Below are positions 39,127-48,209 of a DNA stretch of 64,000 bases, in pieces; position 1 is the first letter of the stretch, and every line of letters starts with the position of its first letter. The notes below the pieces were generated by a model, which saw only the letters and a list, made by a program, of their open reading frames with translations, ran no database searches and was not told the origin of the DNA. Source of the DNA: Candidatus Binatia bacterium (GTDB taxonomy: Bacteria > Desulfobacterota > Binatia > UBA9968); assembly GCA_036504975.1 (NCBI GenBank), contig DASXUF010000105.1, forward strand, positions 67,728 through 131,727, read 5' to 3'. Position numbers and translations under genes: made by a program.

Positions 39127-40314
39127 TCACTTTTTAAACCACGGCGCCGGGTCCACGGGCCGTCCATCCTTGCGGATCTCGAAGTAAAGCCGCGCTCCGG
39201 CGAGCGAATCGCTGTCGCCGACCAGGGCTATGGGCTCGCCTTTGCGGACCGGGTCGCCGGATTTTTTGAACAGCTCCGCCAGGTGCGCGTAGATCGTGTA
39301 GTAGCGCTGGCCGTGATCGACGATCATCATCCTGCCATAGCCCGAAAAGCGGTCGGCGAAGACGACTTTACCCGCCTCGACGGCCCTGACCTCTTCGCCG
39401 ACCGGCGCATCGATGTCGATGCCTTTGCGAAACAGCTCGGCGGAAAACTCCGGGTGCTGGGTCTTGCCGAACGCTCCCGAGACCGCGCCGCGCACCGGGT
39501 ATTCCAGCTTGCCCCGCATCGCTTCAAAACCGGAGCCCGCGGGAGCTTCCTTTGGAAGGGAGGCGGACCGCCGGCTGATTTCGTCCATCATTTTCTGCAG
39601 CCTGTGAGCCGCCTGCTCCAGCTCCTTCAGCGCGCGCTGGCGCGTCTCCTTTTCGCGGCGCAGGCTCGCGAGCATCTCCTGCTTCTTTTGCCGGTCGAGC
39701 CGGATGCCCTCCTTGATGTCCGTCAGCGATTTTCTTTGCCGGGCGACCTCTTCTTTTTTTTGCTCCAGCTCTTTTCGCAGGATCTGCTGGCGCCCGGACT
39801 CGTCGCTCAACCGATCGACCAGCGCGCGATCGTAGTCGAGAGTTATCTTGAGATAGTGTCTCCGCTGCATCAGCTCGGCCAACGAGCCCGCGCCGTCCAG
39901 CAGGACAAACGGGCTTCCAGTCCGCTGCCACTTATAAAGCGCCCGCGACCGCTGCCGCAACAGATCTCGGCGCACGTCGATCGAAGAATTGAGCCGCCGC
40001 GCCTCCGCTTCCTTTTTCTTGATGTCCGCTTGAACCGACTCGAGAGCGGCGTTGACTCTTTTCAGCTCCTTATTTTTCTTGTCCAGCTCACCGTCGATCT
40101 TCGCCAGGATCTCCAGGACCGAGCCCTCTTTCTTCTTCACCTGGGTGATTCCCTGCCGCTCCTTCTCCATCTTCTTCTTGATTCCTTCCAGCTCCCGCTC
40201 GGCCTCCGCGGCGAGGGCAGGCGCGCCCGGAAGAAAAATTGGACTCATTGCAAAATGAAAACTGCAAAGTGTAAAAGTCAAAAAGAGCAGATGTTTCTTT
40301 CTTTCAATTTGCAT
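39127..40314 (-). CDS. envC: Murein hydrolase activator EnvC-like (coiled coil + LytM/M23 domain)
   Basis: Long coiled coil (KKEAEARRLNSS...), C-terminal M23 fold (DHGQRYYTIYAHL); adjacent to ftsEX. Confidence 0.7.
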   Translation of the reverse strand: MQIERKKHLLFLTFTLCSFHFAMSPIFLPGAPALAAEAERELEGIKKKMEKERQGITQVKKKEGSVLEILAKIDGELDKKNKELKRVNAALESVQADIKKKEAEARRLNSSIDVRRDLLRQRSRALYKWQRTGSPFVLLDGAGSLAELMQRRHYLKITLDYDRALVDRLSDESGRQQILRKELEQKKEEVARQRKSLTDIKEGIRLDRQKKQEMLASLRREKETRQRALKELEQAAHRLQKMMDEISRRSASLPKEAPAGSGFEAMRGKLEYPVRGAVSGAFGKTQHPEFSAELFRKGIDIDAPVGEEVRAVEAGKVVFADRFSGYGRMMIVDHGQRYYTIYAHLAELFKKSGDPVRKGEPIALVGDSDSLAGARLYFEIRKDGRPVDPAPWFKK

Positions 40315-40368
40315 TTTGAAATTTGAATTCTGCATTTTGCATTGGCGCGCCCCCGGGCGCGCAGCTCG

Positions 40369-41268
40369 TCATCTCGGCAGAAACCGGCTGATAGAAAAAA
40401 AACCGGCGAACGCGCCCATGACCCAACCCAGACAAAACAGCAGCGCCATGCTTTCCGGCGCGAGGAAGCGAAGCCCGTCGCGCGCCGTAAAGACGGCTAG
40501 AGTCTGAGGAAGCTCGGCCTGCAACAAAAGAAACGCCAGCCAGAGCGCGACGAGCGACAGCGCGGCGCCGAAGAGCCCCTGAAGCATCCCCTCGATCACA
40601 AACGGCATCTTGACGACTCCGGCCGGCGCGCCCACGAGCTGCATGATCTCGATCTCCTCCCGGCGCGCCACGATGGCGAGCTTGACGGTGTTGACGACGA
40701 TCAAGAGCGTCGCGAGAAAAAGAAATCCGCCGAGGATCCACTTCGCCCATTCGATTCCGATCATGAGCGCAGTGAAGTTTTCTGTCCATTCCTGCGGGTA
40801 TTCCACTTCGTCGATCGCCTTTTCCGCGCGCAGCCGCTCGACCGCGCCGGCTACAGAATCGTGATCGCGATGGCCCGGCTTGAGAGCGATCTCCAGCGAC
40901 GCCGGCAGCGTATCGGCGGACAATCCTTCGAGCACTCCGGATTGCGAGCCGAGCGATTTCTTGAAGCTCTCCCACGCCTCGCGCTGCGAGATAAAGCGGA
41001 CGCTTTCGATTTCCGGATAGGCGCGGACGCGCTGGACGAGAGACTCGGCTTCGGACGCGGCGAGGCGATTGCCCAGGTAAGCAAAGATATGAATCCGGCT
41101 CCCCCACCCCCGGAACAGGCCCTGAAGATTTTCCTGAGCGAGGAGAAAGCCGCCAAAAATGAAAAGCGTCATCGCCATGGTGCCGGAGGTGAGGAGATGG
41201 GTCGAGAGCACCTCCTGAAAGCTCCTAAACACCCGGCGAAACACGAACAAGACCTGAGATATTTTCAT
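40369..41268 (-). CDS. ftsX: Cell division permease-like protein FtsX
   Basis: Four-TM FtsX topology; coupled to ftsE by ATGA. Confidence 0.8.
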   Translation of the reverse strand: MKISQVLFVFRRVFRSFQEVLSTHLLTSGTMAMTLFIFGGFLLAQENLQGLFRGWGSRIHIFAYLGNRLAASEAESLVQRVRAYPEIESVRFISQREAWESFKKSLGSQSGVLEGLSADTLPASLEIALKPGHRDHDSVAGAVERLRAEKAIDEVEYPQEWTENFTALMIGIEWAKWILGGFLFLATLLIVVNTVKLAIVARREEIEIMQLVGAPAGVVKMPFVIEGMLQGLFGAALSLVALWLAFLLLQAELPQTLAVFTARDGLRFLAPESMALLFCLGWVMGAFAGFFSISRFLPR

Positions 41269-41948
41269 CGCCAGGCCTCCGCCGCGAGCTTCGGCTCGCC
41301 GAGCAAACGGCCATGTTGGAGCATGACCACCCGGTGACGGAATCGCTTGAAAATCTCCGCGTCGTGAGTCGCGATCACGACCGTGGCGCCTTGCTGGTGG
41401 ATTCGATTAAAAAGCCGCATCGTTTCCTCCGCGACTTCGGAGTCGAGATTCCCGGTGGGCTCGTCGGCCAGAACCAGAAGCGGATCGTTGACCAACGCCC
41501 GGGCAATGGCGACTCTCTGTTGCTCGCCGCCGGACAGCATCGCCGGCCTGGCGTCGTGTTTGTCCTTGAGTCCCAGCTCGCGCAGCAGGTTGAAGGCCTT
41601 CTTGCGGCTTTCACGCGCCGGGGTTCCGACCACCTCCGCGGCCAGAGCGACGTTGTCCAAGACCGTCATTGTGGACAACAGCCGGAATTCCTGAAAGACG
41701 AGACCGATCTCCTGGCGCAGCCGGGCGACGCCGCCCGCGTTCAGACGGCCAACGTTCCGGCCGTTGATGACGATTTGTCCGTCGGTGGCTTCTTCCCCGC
41801 GAAAGAGGAGCTTCAGCAGCGTCGTCTTGCCGGCGCCGCTGGGGCCGTTGATAAATACGAACTCACCTTTTGTAATCTCCAGGTCGATATCGACGAGCGC
41901 GGGATAATTGGGCGGGTAGATCTTCGAGACGCGAAACAGACGGATCAT
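41265..41948 (-). CDS. ftsE: Cell division ATP-binding protein FtsE
   Basis: Walker [12 protein letters not shown] signature LSGGEQQR, Walker B LVLADE. Confidence 0.85.
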   Translation of the reverse strand: MIRLFRVSKIYPPNYPALVDIDLEITKGEFVFINGPSGAGKTTLLKLLFRGEEATDGQIVINGRNVGRLNAGGVARLRQEIGLVFQEFRLLSTMTVLDNVALAAEVVGTPARESRKKAFNLLRELGLKDKHDARPAMLSGGEQQRVAIARALVNDPLLVLADEPTGNLDSEVAEETMRLFNRIHQQGATVVIATHDAEIFKRFRHRVVMLQHGRLLGEPKLAAEAWR

Positions 41949-41991
41949 TCAATCTGCCAGCGCGGCCCGGGGGAAATAGGGCAAAAATGCC

Positions 41992-42019
41992 TTGACACCC
42001 CCCTGAGCGACTGTTAGAT
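41992..42019 (+). promoter_or_regulatory. Possible sigma-70 promoter (TTGACA-N16-TTAGAT) for the radical SAM gene
   Basis: -35 perfect, -10 weak. Confidence 0.3.
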
Positions 42020-42059
42020 TCGTTGAAAACAATGGGATAAGTGTTGCTTATCTTAGGTT

Positions 42060-44336
42060 ATGTCCATCCAACTTACAAGCGTCCGGCAGAATCCTCAGCC
42101 AAAAATGAATCCCGCCCAAGATCGCGTCATCGATAAGCTCAGGATCGTTCTGATCAAGCCCTCCAAGTACGACGACGACGGCTACGTCATTCGCTTCTGG
42201 CGCGGGGTTCTCCCCAGCAATACCCTCAACGTTCTCCACGGGTTGACCGAAGACGTGAAGCAGCGCCGGGCTCTCGGTGACATCGACCTCGAAGTCGTGA
42301 CGTTCGACGAGACGGCGGAAAAATTGCCGGTCAAAAAAATCATTCGCTGGAGCCGCCGCACCGGCACCAAGCTGCTCGTCTGCCTCGTCGGCGTCCAGAC
42401 CAACCAGTTTCCGCGCGCCTTCGACCTGGCCAAGCGGTTCCGCGCGCACGGCATCGACGTCATGATGGGCGGCTTTCATACCAGCGGGACCGTCTCGATG
42501 CTGGGCGATCAGGAGCCCGATATTCAGGAGCTTTTCCGCGAGGGTATCACCGCAATTTCCGGCGAGGTGGAAGGAAAATGGGAGGGTATCCTCGCCGATT
42601 GCCTCGCCGGCCAACTGAAGCCCCTCTACCATTACGCCGGGGACCTGCAAAACCTCGTGGACATCGGCGACGCGCCGCTGCCGGTGACGAGTCCGAAGAC
42701 GATGAAGCACTTCGCCCAGCCGGCCTTCGGCACGGCGGACACCTCGAGAGGCTGTCCCTTCGCCTGCTCGTTCTGCACGATCATCAACGTCCAGGGGCGC
42801 AAGATGCGCGAGCGCAGCCCGGAGAGCATCGCCGCGATGGCGCGGAGAAATTATCACGAGCACGGTGTGACTTTTTACTTCTTTACCGACGACAACTTCG
42901 CGCGCAAGAAACTCTGGCGCGAAACCTTTGAGGCGATCATCAAGCTCCGGGAAGAAGGTATCAAGATCTCCTTCATGATGCAGGTGGACCTCGCCAAGAA
43001 GCCCAAGGACTTCGTTGCGCTCGCCGCCAAGGCGGGCTGCTCGCAGGTCTTTATCGGCATGGAGAGCGTCAATCCGGAGAATCTCAAGGCCGAAGGCAAG
43101 GCGCAAAACAAAGTCGAAGAGTACCAGGGCATCATCAAGGAATGGCACGACGCCGGCATCGTGGTTCATACCGGCTACATCATCGGCCTTCCCTGGGACA
43201 CGAAGGAAGGCGTGAAGCGCGACGCCGAGTATTTGATGAACGTGATCCAGCCGGATCAGGCTTCATTCTTCATGCTGACGCCGCTGCCGGGCTCGCAAGA
43301 CCACAAAGAGATGAAGCAGCGCGGCGAGTGGATGGACCCGGATTTCAACAAACGCGACTCCTTTCACGCCACCATTCATCATCCGCACATGAACGCGGAG
43401 GAATGGACGCGGGCCTACGAGGACGCCTGGAAAGCGTTCTACAGCAAGGAGAACATGATTCGCGTTCTCTCCCGCTGGAGCCACAAGCCCAGGGCCTACT
43501 GGAACCTCATGTCGGTCTTCTTCTGGTACAAGAACGCGGCGTTGATCGAAAAGGAGCACCCGATGATCGCGGGCTTTTTCCGGCTAAAAGACCGGACCGC
43601 GCGCCGTCCCGGATTTGCCGTCGATCCTCTGCCGGTCCACATGTGGAAGCGCTCCAAAGAAATCGCCCGTCTTTTCATCTCGTGGGCCAAGTTTTTCAAA
43701 GAGATGGAAGAAGTCTGGCTCCAGACGCGGAAAAAAAGCGACCGGGAAGAGCGCTGGCTGGAAGAGATTCAGAGGATTCAGGGCGAGATCTGGCAGTCGC
43801 TCAAGATCGCCGAATGGCAACAAACCTACAACAATGCCAAGGCGGCGCTGCCCGCCAAGGCCAAAGCCCTGCTCGACCCGTTTGAAGAATTGTCCTCGAA
43901 GGTCCTGGTCAGCCGTGACGACTTGAATTCATTCCTGCGGAAGTGGGCGAGGCTACCGAAGCGCCTGCAAAAATTGCGCAACCGTGTTGGGTACGACGGC
44001 GAAGCCGCGCGCCGGCTGGAAGAAATGTCGCGCATCCACAATACCGCGTGGGCGGGAAGAAAAATTCAGGAATGGCAGGAGGCTTACACGCGCCTGCGAA
44101 AAGTTCTCCCGTCCAAATTCAGCCTGCCGCAAATGAAGTTCGATGCCTTTACCAACCGCGCCTTTTATTCCCGCCAGGACCTGCAGAAGTTTTGGGCCGC
44201 GAACGTGGACCATCTGAAAGGCATGCGGCTCTGGAAGGTCCGCCCGTGGAAGCTGGTAAAATATCTCGCCAAAGATTTTTTCATTAGCACGTCCTTCGCC
44301 TCATCCTTCAAGTCCGCCACCCGGTCGCAATACTAA
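42060..44336 (+). CDS. B12-binding domain-containing radical SAM protein (class B), with ~250-aa C-terminal extension containing an internal repeat
   Basis: N-terminal cobalamin-binding region, CPFACSFC radical SAM cluster motif, repeated IAEWQQTY.../IQEWQEAY... segments. Confidence 0.7.
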   Translation: MSIQLTSVRQNPQPKMNPAQDRVIDKLRIVLIKPSKYDDDGYVIRFWRGVLPSNTLNVLHGLTEDVKQRRALGDIDLEVVTFDETAEKLPVKKIIRWSRRTGTKLLVCLVGVQTNQFPRAFDLAKRFRAHGIDVMMGGFHTSGTVSMLGDQEPDIQELFREGITAISGEVEGKWEGILADCLAGQLKPLYHYAGDLQNLVDIGDAPLPVTSPKTMKHFAQPAFGTADTSRGCPFACSFCTIINVQGRKMRERSPESIAAMARRNYHEHGVTFYFFTDDNFARKKLWRETFEAIIKLREEGIKISFMMQVDLAKKPKDFVALAAKAGCSQVFIGMESVNPENLKAEGKAQNKVEEYQGIIKEWHDAGIVVHTGYIIGLPWDTKEGVKRDAEYLMNVIQPDQASFFMLTPLPGSQDHKEMKQRGEWMDPDFNKRDSFHATIHHPHMNAEEWTRAYEDAWKAFYSKENMIRVLSRWSHKPRAYWNLMSVFFWYKNAALIEKEHPMIAGFFRLKDRTARRPGFAVDPLPVHMWKRSKEIARLFISWAKFFKEMEEVWLQTRKKSDREERWLEEIQRIQGEIWQSLKIAEWQQTYNNAKAALPAKAKALLDPFEELSSKVLVSRDDLNSFLRKWARLPKRLQKLRNRVGYDGEAARRLEEMSRIHNTAWAGRKIQEWQEAYTRLRKVLPSKFSLPQMKFDAFTNRAFYSRQDLQKFWAANVDHLKGMRLWKVRPWKLVKYLAKDFFISTSFASSFKSATRSQY

Positions 44337-44420
44337 TTTCCTCCGTTTTAATTTCCTTCTCTCTTAGAGATTTATTCAGCCGTGACTGTAGGGTTGGGCT
44401 GTGATAATATGTGCTAGGAG

Positions 44421-44681
44421 TTGATGGAAGGTTGTATGGCCCGACCAGATTTACTGAAAAAATTAAAGGAACTGACGCCGGCCGAACGGCTCAGCGTTGC
44501 GGAGGCTGCTTTGCGTCTCGTTCGGGAAGATCTTCGGAAAACAACTCGCCCGGCAAAAGAAAAGAACCTCGCTAAGGCGGCAAAGGCTCTACTACCGGAC
44601 TATAAGTCTAAGGGCGAGCTCACTGTCTTTACTGCGCTTGATGGCGAGGATTTTTGTGAAAAGGAAGTGAAATCTGGCTAA
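44421..44681 (+). CDS. Putative antitoxin / addiction-module component (helical, no known fold assignable)
   Basis: 86-aa ORF with RBS AGGAG; ends 6 nt before the MazF-like reading frame opens. Confidence 0.4.
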   Translation: MMEGCMARPDLLKKLKELTPAERLSVAEAALRLVREDLRKTTRPAKEKNLAKAAKALLPDYKSKGELTVFTALDGEDFCEKEVKSG

Positions 44682-44686
44682 TCAAT

Positions 44687-45001
44687 TTGGACCCGACGAT
44701 TGGCGCCGAGATCAAGAAAACCCGCCCGGCAGTCATCGTCAGCGATGACGCGATTGGAATCCTGCCGCTCAAAGTAATTGTCCCGATTACCGAATGGAAA
44801 GAACGCTATGCCGTGGCGCCTTGGATAGTCCGATTAGATCCCGACGGACAAAATGGGCTACAGAAGCCTTCTGCCGCCGACACATTTCAAGTCCGCTCGT
44901 TAGCCCAGGAAAGATTTGTGCGACGACTTGGAAAGCTCCCGGACCGTGTAATGGATTCAATCGCAAAAGCTCTCGCTGTAGTATTAAGCTTTGATATTTA
45001 A
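44687..45001 (+). CDS. MazF/PemK-family endoribonuclease toxin-like, apparently 5'-truncated
   Basis: ...INLDPTIGAEIKKTRPAVIVSDDAIG...VIVPIT matches MazF strands 1-3. Homology (KGSEIWLINLDPT) extends upstream of TTG 44687 to an in-frame stop at 44657 with no canonical start. Confidence 0.55.
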   Translation: MDPTIGAEIKKTRPAVIVSDDAIGILPLKVIVPITEWKERYAVAPWIVRLDPDGQNGLQKPSAADTFQVRSLAQERFVRRLGKLPDRVMDSIAKALAVVLSFDI

Positions 45002-45191
45002 ACGCATGCGCCTCGTGCAAAGTCCGACCGTGGAAGCTGTTAGATTCGAACACCGGCTTACCGAAGAAGTAGATAAAGTTAGCCATGAAATCACTAAGTT
45101 TAAAGCCGACCTCATTCGCTGGATGTTCATCTTCTGGGTCGGTCAGATCGGCGTAATCACCGGAATCCTGTTCGCGTTCTTCAAACGATAA
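44991..45191 (+). CDS. Small hypothetical protein with C-terminal TM helix
   Basis: 66 aa (or 61 aa from ATG 45006); ...WMFIFWVGQIGVITGILFAFFKR. Confidence 0.35.
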   Translation: MIFKRMRLVQSPTVEAVRFEHRLTEEVDKVSHEITKFKADLIRWMFIFWVGQIGVITGILFAFFKR

Positions 45192-45264
45192 GTCTTTCAG
45201 TCTTCTCCCTCAGCGCCTCCGCGGTGAGATACGAATTCCTTTTCACCACTGAGACACCGCGCGG
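45190..45264 (+). repeat. Structured repeat R1 (AAGTCTTTCAGTCTTCTCCCTCAGCGCCTCCGCGGTGAGATA...TTCACCACTGAGACACC)
   Basis: ~70-nt unit ~80% identical to R4 at 48131-48198; core CCCTCAGCGCCTC(C/T)G(C/T)GGTGA also at 45625-45652 and 45669-45695. Confidence 0.6.
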
Positions 45265-45610
45265 CTACGCCGCAACCAAAGTAGAAACAGACATTTCACC
45301 ACGAAGGTCTTAGCACACGAAATTTCTTCCCCTTGGCGTCCTTTGCGCCTTTGCGCGAGATAACGCATTTCGGTCCTTCTCTGTTATCGCGCCAAGATGC
45401 CAAGCTCGTAAAGTTTTACTTTCAGGCATAGTATTACGAAAGTCAAAAGTTATAAAGTTTACGAATCCTTCGTGGCCTTCGTGCGCTTCGTGGTGAGATC
45501 GTATTTTCTTGTCGATCCGGCAACTGAGGATTGGTGCGCAAGAAAATTTGCGCAAACCGCGAAAACTCTCAGGCATAGTATTACAAAGTCCGCAGGAGGG
45601 TTTGTTTTAT

Positions 45611-45700
45611 TCCTGATCTCCGCGCCCTCAGCGCCTCCGCGGTGAAAATTCCTTGATTTTACTCTGTGCCCTCAGCGCCTCTGTGGTGAGATATCTTAAG
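45611..45700 (+). repeat. Tandem core repeats R2/R3 (CCCTCAGCGCCTCCGCGGTGAAAATTCC / CCCTCAGCGCCTCTGTGGTGAGATATC) followed by palindrome GGGTTAACCC
   Basis: Read directly. Confidence 0.6.
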
Positions 45701-46448
45701 GGTTAACCCAAACTCCGTTGTAAATACGCTCGACCTCCGGAATCGTCCGCGCCGCCTGCTCCGCCCTGAATCTTTCATCCGCTGTTTTTACATGGCCGTT
45801 GAGATAGGCCGTGTCGCCGATAAAAGCCACGCTCACCCCCATAACGTTCCACCTGCCGAAGGCTTCATGGATGTCTGCCTCGACCTTTCTCCACCGGGCC
45901 TCGACTTCTTCATACGATTCGGCCGGTTTTTCCCGGGGAAGAAACATGGCGTCGTCCCTTTTCACGTACACCACCGACTTGAGTTTGTTTGAGCGAACGA
46001 TCAGCCAATCGCCCTCCGAGCCGACGACGTTGAGCCTGGCTCCCGACCCAACCTCGTCCACGACGGAAGCCGAATTATTCGGCCGTGACCGCACCGAAGT
46101 TCGCCGGATGGTCTGATAGATTCCCGGTTCCGCAGGCCGCCGTACAAACGGCCTCTCGGAAACCTTTGCCTGTCGCTGAGCGCGTGATGAAGTTTGAGGT
46201 TTGCTTGGAGAAATCTTCGCGCTAGGTTTTGCGGGCTTCTCTTGATCTTCGCTGATCTCAGGAAGGTCGGATGAAGATTCCGGCGGCGGCGTTGTTGGCT
46301 CCTGAGTCTGCGGGCGCGGCTCCTCCTGCCGCGAAGCCACATCGGGCGCCTCCGTCGATCCGGGATAGAAAACCCATTTCCCGACGAAGAAGACAAAAAG
46401 TGCTGCGACGATCACGGCGGCCGTCGCCATCAGCGCCTGACGAGTCAT
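45696..46448 (-). CDS. Membrane-anchored protein with Pro-rich linker, SH3b-like and C-terminal BON domain
   Basis: N-terminal TM AAVIVAALFVFFVG, ...GSGARLNVVGSEGDWLIV (SH3-like), BON-like VSVAFIGDTAYLNGHV... Confidence 0.55.
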   Translation of the reverse strand: MTRQALMATAAVIVAALFVFFVGKWVFYPGSTEAPDVASRQEEPRPQTQEPTTPPPESSSDLPEISEDQEKPAKPSAKISPSKPQTSSRAQRQAKVSERPFVRRPAEPGIYQTIRRTSVRSRPNNSASVVDEVGSGARLNVVGSEGDWLIVRSNKLKSVVYVKRDDAMFLPREKPAESYEEVEARWRKVEADIHEAFGRWNVMGVSVAFIGDTAYLNGHVKTADERFRAEQAARTIPEVERIYNGVWVNP

Positions 46449-46452
46449 AGTT

Positions 46453-47027
46453 CTAGCTACGCGACTCCAGTTTACCAGACTTTAACTGCTTCATCGCCGC
46501 TTCAAGCACCTCCTCACTAATCCACCGCTTCTTCCCAAGCTGGATGATGCGGCTCTCCGCTGACCCGAGATCGAGAAGCTCCCGCCGATGAGCTTCCAAC
46601 ACCAACTCGAGACTTCGGAGACAAGTGATGCCTTTTACCCGGGCGACTTCCCACGCCCGCTCGTCATCTATCAGCACCACGTCTGCATCAAGTTCTTCCG
46701 CAAGGGCTAATGCTTGAGACTCCCCTGCTCCGAGCCGCTCCGCCAGGTAAAGTTTCAATTTCGCGTCTTCCTTGACAGCGATTCACGTTGGCGGGGTTCT
46801 ACCCAGTGGGCCAAGGAGCGAAGTTTTTTAAGAACGGATTCTCTCTGGATCTTTGGAATCTGTAGTTTAGGCCGCCTAACCACCCGCTCGTATTCGTCAA
46901 ATATCTCAGGCGAAAGAAAGAGAGCGACTCGTTTATTAAACGCGAGTTCGAGAAGCAAGGCGGGGATGCCTCTATCTGAGATGAGGCCGGAAACCACCAC
47001 ATTGGTGTCATAGACCGCCTTGAGCAT
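46453..47027 (-). pseudogene. PIN-domain (PIN_3/VapC-like) toxin gene interrupted by a frameshift near 46757-46785
   Basis: N-half MLKAVYDTNVVVSGLIS...VEP (frame A) continues as ...KEDAKLKLYLAERLGAGESQALALAEELDADVVLIDDE (frame B); the fused sequence fits the PIN_3 pattern with 4 acidic positions. Confidence 0.55.
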
Positions 47028-47033
47028 GCAAGA

Positions 47034-47342
47034 TCAGGAGGCTAGCTTCTCTCTCCGTTCCTCCCGCGCCGCTCGTATCTCCGCGTTGATTTCGTCCAGA
47101 CTGAGCTTCGCGACACCGGTTCGACGCGCCTCTTTGCGAATTTTTCTGAGCGCGACCGGTTCTTTTATCTTGAGAACGCTGCGCACGAAATCCTCATACC
47201 CGAGGATGACAGCAGCGGCCTCTCCTTTGCGGGAGACCACAAACCGCTCTTTATTTCCTCTTACCCTTTTTAGAATCTCCCCGAATTCCTTCCGCGCGAC
47301 TAAAGCGGGTATTGTTTTCACTTTTAAGACACCTCGTGCCAT
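47034..47342 (-). CDS. Phd/YefM-type antitoxin
   Basis: KTIPALVARKEFGEILKRVRGNKERFVVSRKGEAAAVILGYEDF; RBS AAAGGAG 8 nt before ATG; immediately upstream of the PIN gene. Confidence 0.65.
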   Translation of the reverse strand: MARGVLKVKTIPALVARKEFGEILKRVRGNKERFVVSRKGEAAAVILGYEDFVRSVLKIKEPVALRKIRKEARRTGVAKLSLDEINAEIRAAREERREKLAS

Positions 47343-47378
47343 TATCGTCTCCTTTTCAGTTTACACTTCTCAATACGA

Positions 47379-47597
47379 AATATATCAAGCTTGCCGCACT
47401 CTTACAAAGCCGGCGCAAGAGAAACCAATGCCTTCACCGAGGCTCGGAGATGACGTCCAGCAGCGCGGGGAGCTTTGTCCCTTTCCCCTTAGGGTGGACA
47501 CCGAAGCCCTGCGCAACCTTGGGAAAATCTACCACCGGGTCCGCTCACGTGCATGCCGATGCCGGCGTTCTCGACCGGCCGCTTGCGGATGGCCAGC
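47379..47597 (+). pseudogene. Degenerate duplicate of the 3' end (~65 C-terminal codons + 30 nt downstream) of TPP-enzyme gene 49994..51772, with an internal ~55-nt deletion
   Basis: 31-nt identical block AATATATCAAGCTTGCCGCACTCTTACAAAG at 47379-47409 and 49940-49970, then ~75%-identical colinear sequence to ~47597 / ~50216. Confidence 0.7.
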
Positions 47598-47758
47598 CTT
47601 TTAACGGAGGCCGGGTGTTGCCGACGAATAAGTTGCATGATTTTTTAAAGTTCTGGAAGTGAAAAAGCGGTAACGAAACGCCTTCGGCCGATTTAATACG
47701 ACGGAGACGAGGATAAGCTGGTGCCCGGTGATGAAGGGGATACGGGTTGCTTCGGGCA

Positions 47759-48013
47759 TTATACGATAACCGTATAGCCTTCAGGAGCAACCGGTCCGGC
47801 AAAGAAAACGTAGGTCATCTTTTGAGGATTTCGCTCGCCAAAGCCACGGTTTACTTCCACCAGGTCCCGGCGGTTGTGGCTATGATCCAACACACGGCCA
47901 AAAAGAGGGCCTCTAACCTTGTCAACTTCTGTGACCTCAACGAGAACCCACTCGTTGGGATATCGCTGCTCGATTTCTGCGATGGAAAGCGCTTCCCCAA
48001 ATTTAGATTTCAT
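47759..48013 (-). CDS. Small hypothetical protein (84 aa)
   Basis: ATG start; no assignable domain. Confidence 0.4.
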   Translation of the reverse strand: MKSKFGEALSIAEIEQRYPNEWVLVEVTEVDKVRGPLFGRVLDHSHNRRDLVEVNRGFGERNPQKMTYVFFAGPVAPEGYTVIV

Positions 48014-48130
48014 GGCTTCAAAAATTATACCACGATATCTTCAAAGGCAAGGCGGCTCTGGGAAGACCTTTTTGCCTCTCAAGGCCCAGAGGCGTGATCA
48101 CCTGAATCCTCTTTGTATTCTCCAAGCGCT

Positions 48131-48198
48131 AAGTCTTTTAATCTTCCCTCTCAGCGCCTCGGCAGTGAGATATCCGATTTCACCGCAGAGACACGGAG
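48131..48198 (+). repeat. Structured repeat R4 (AAGTCTTTTAATCTTCCCTCTCAGCGCCTCGGCAGTGAGATA...TTCACCGCAGAGACACGG)
   Basis: Colinear with R1, with paired substitutions in the predicted stems. Confidence 0.6.
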
Positions 48199-48209
48199 TT
48201 TGCAGAGAG

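Noticed and set aside
44655-44690. Programmed -1 frameshift linking antitoxin and MazF frames
   Set aside because: No X XXY YYZ slippery heptamer or downstream structure; simple 5' truncation or a rare start is more parsimonious.
45190-45700. CRISPR array
   Set aside because: Repeat copies are few, irregularly spaced (44-400 nt), differ in length, and no cas genes are present.
47357-47388. Sigma-70 promoter TTGATA…TAAACT for the Phd antitoxin gene
   Set aside because: On recount the spacer is 19 nt, so the hexamers are not confidently a promoter. Only the RBS AAAGGAG is clear.
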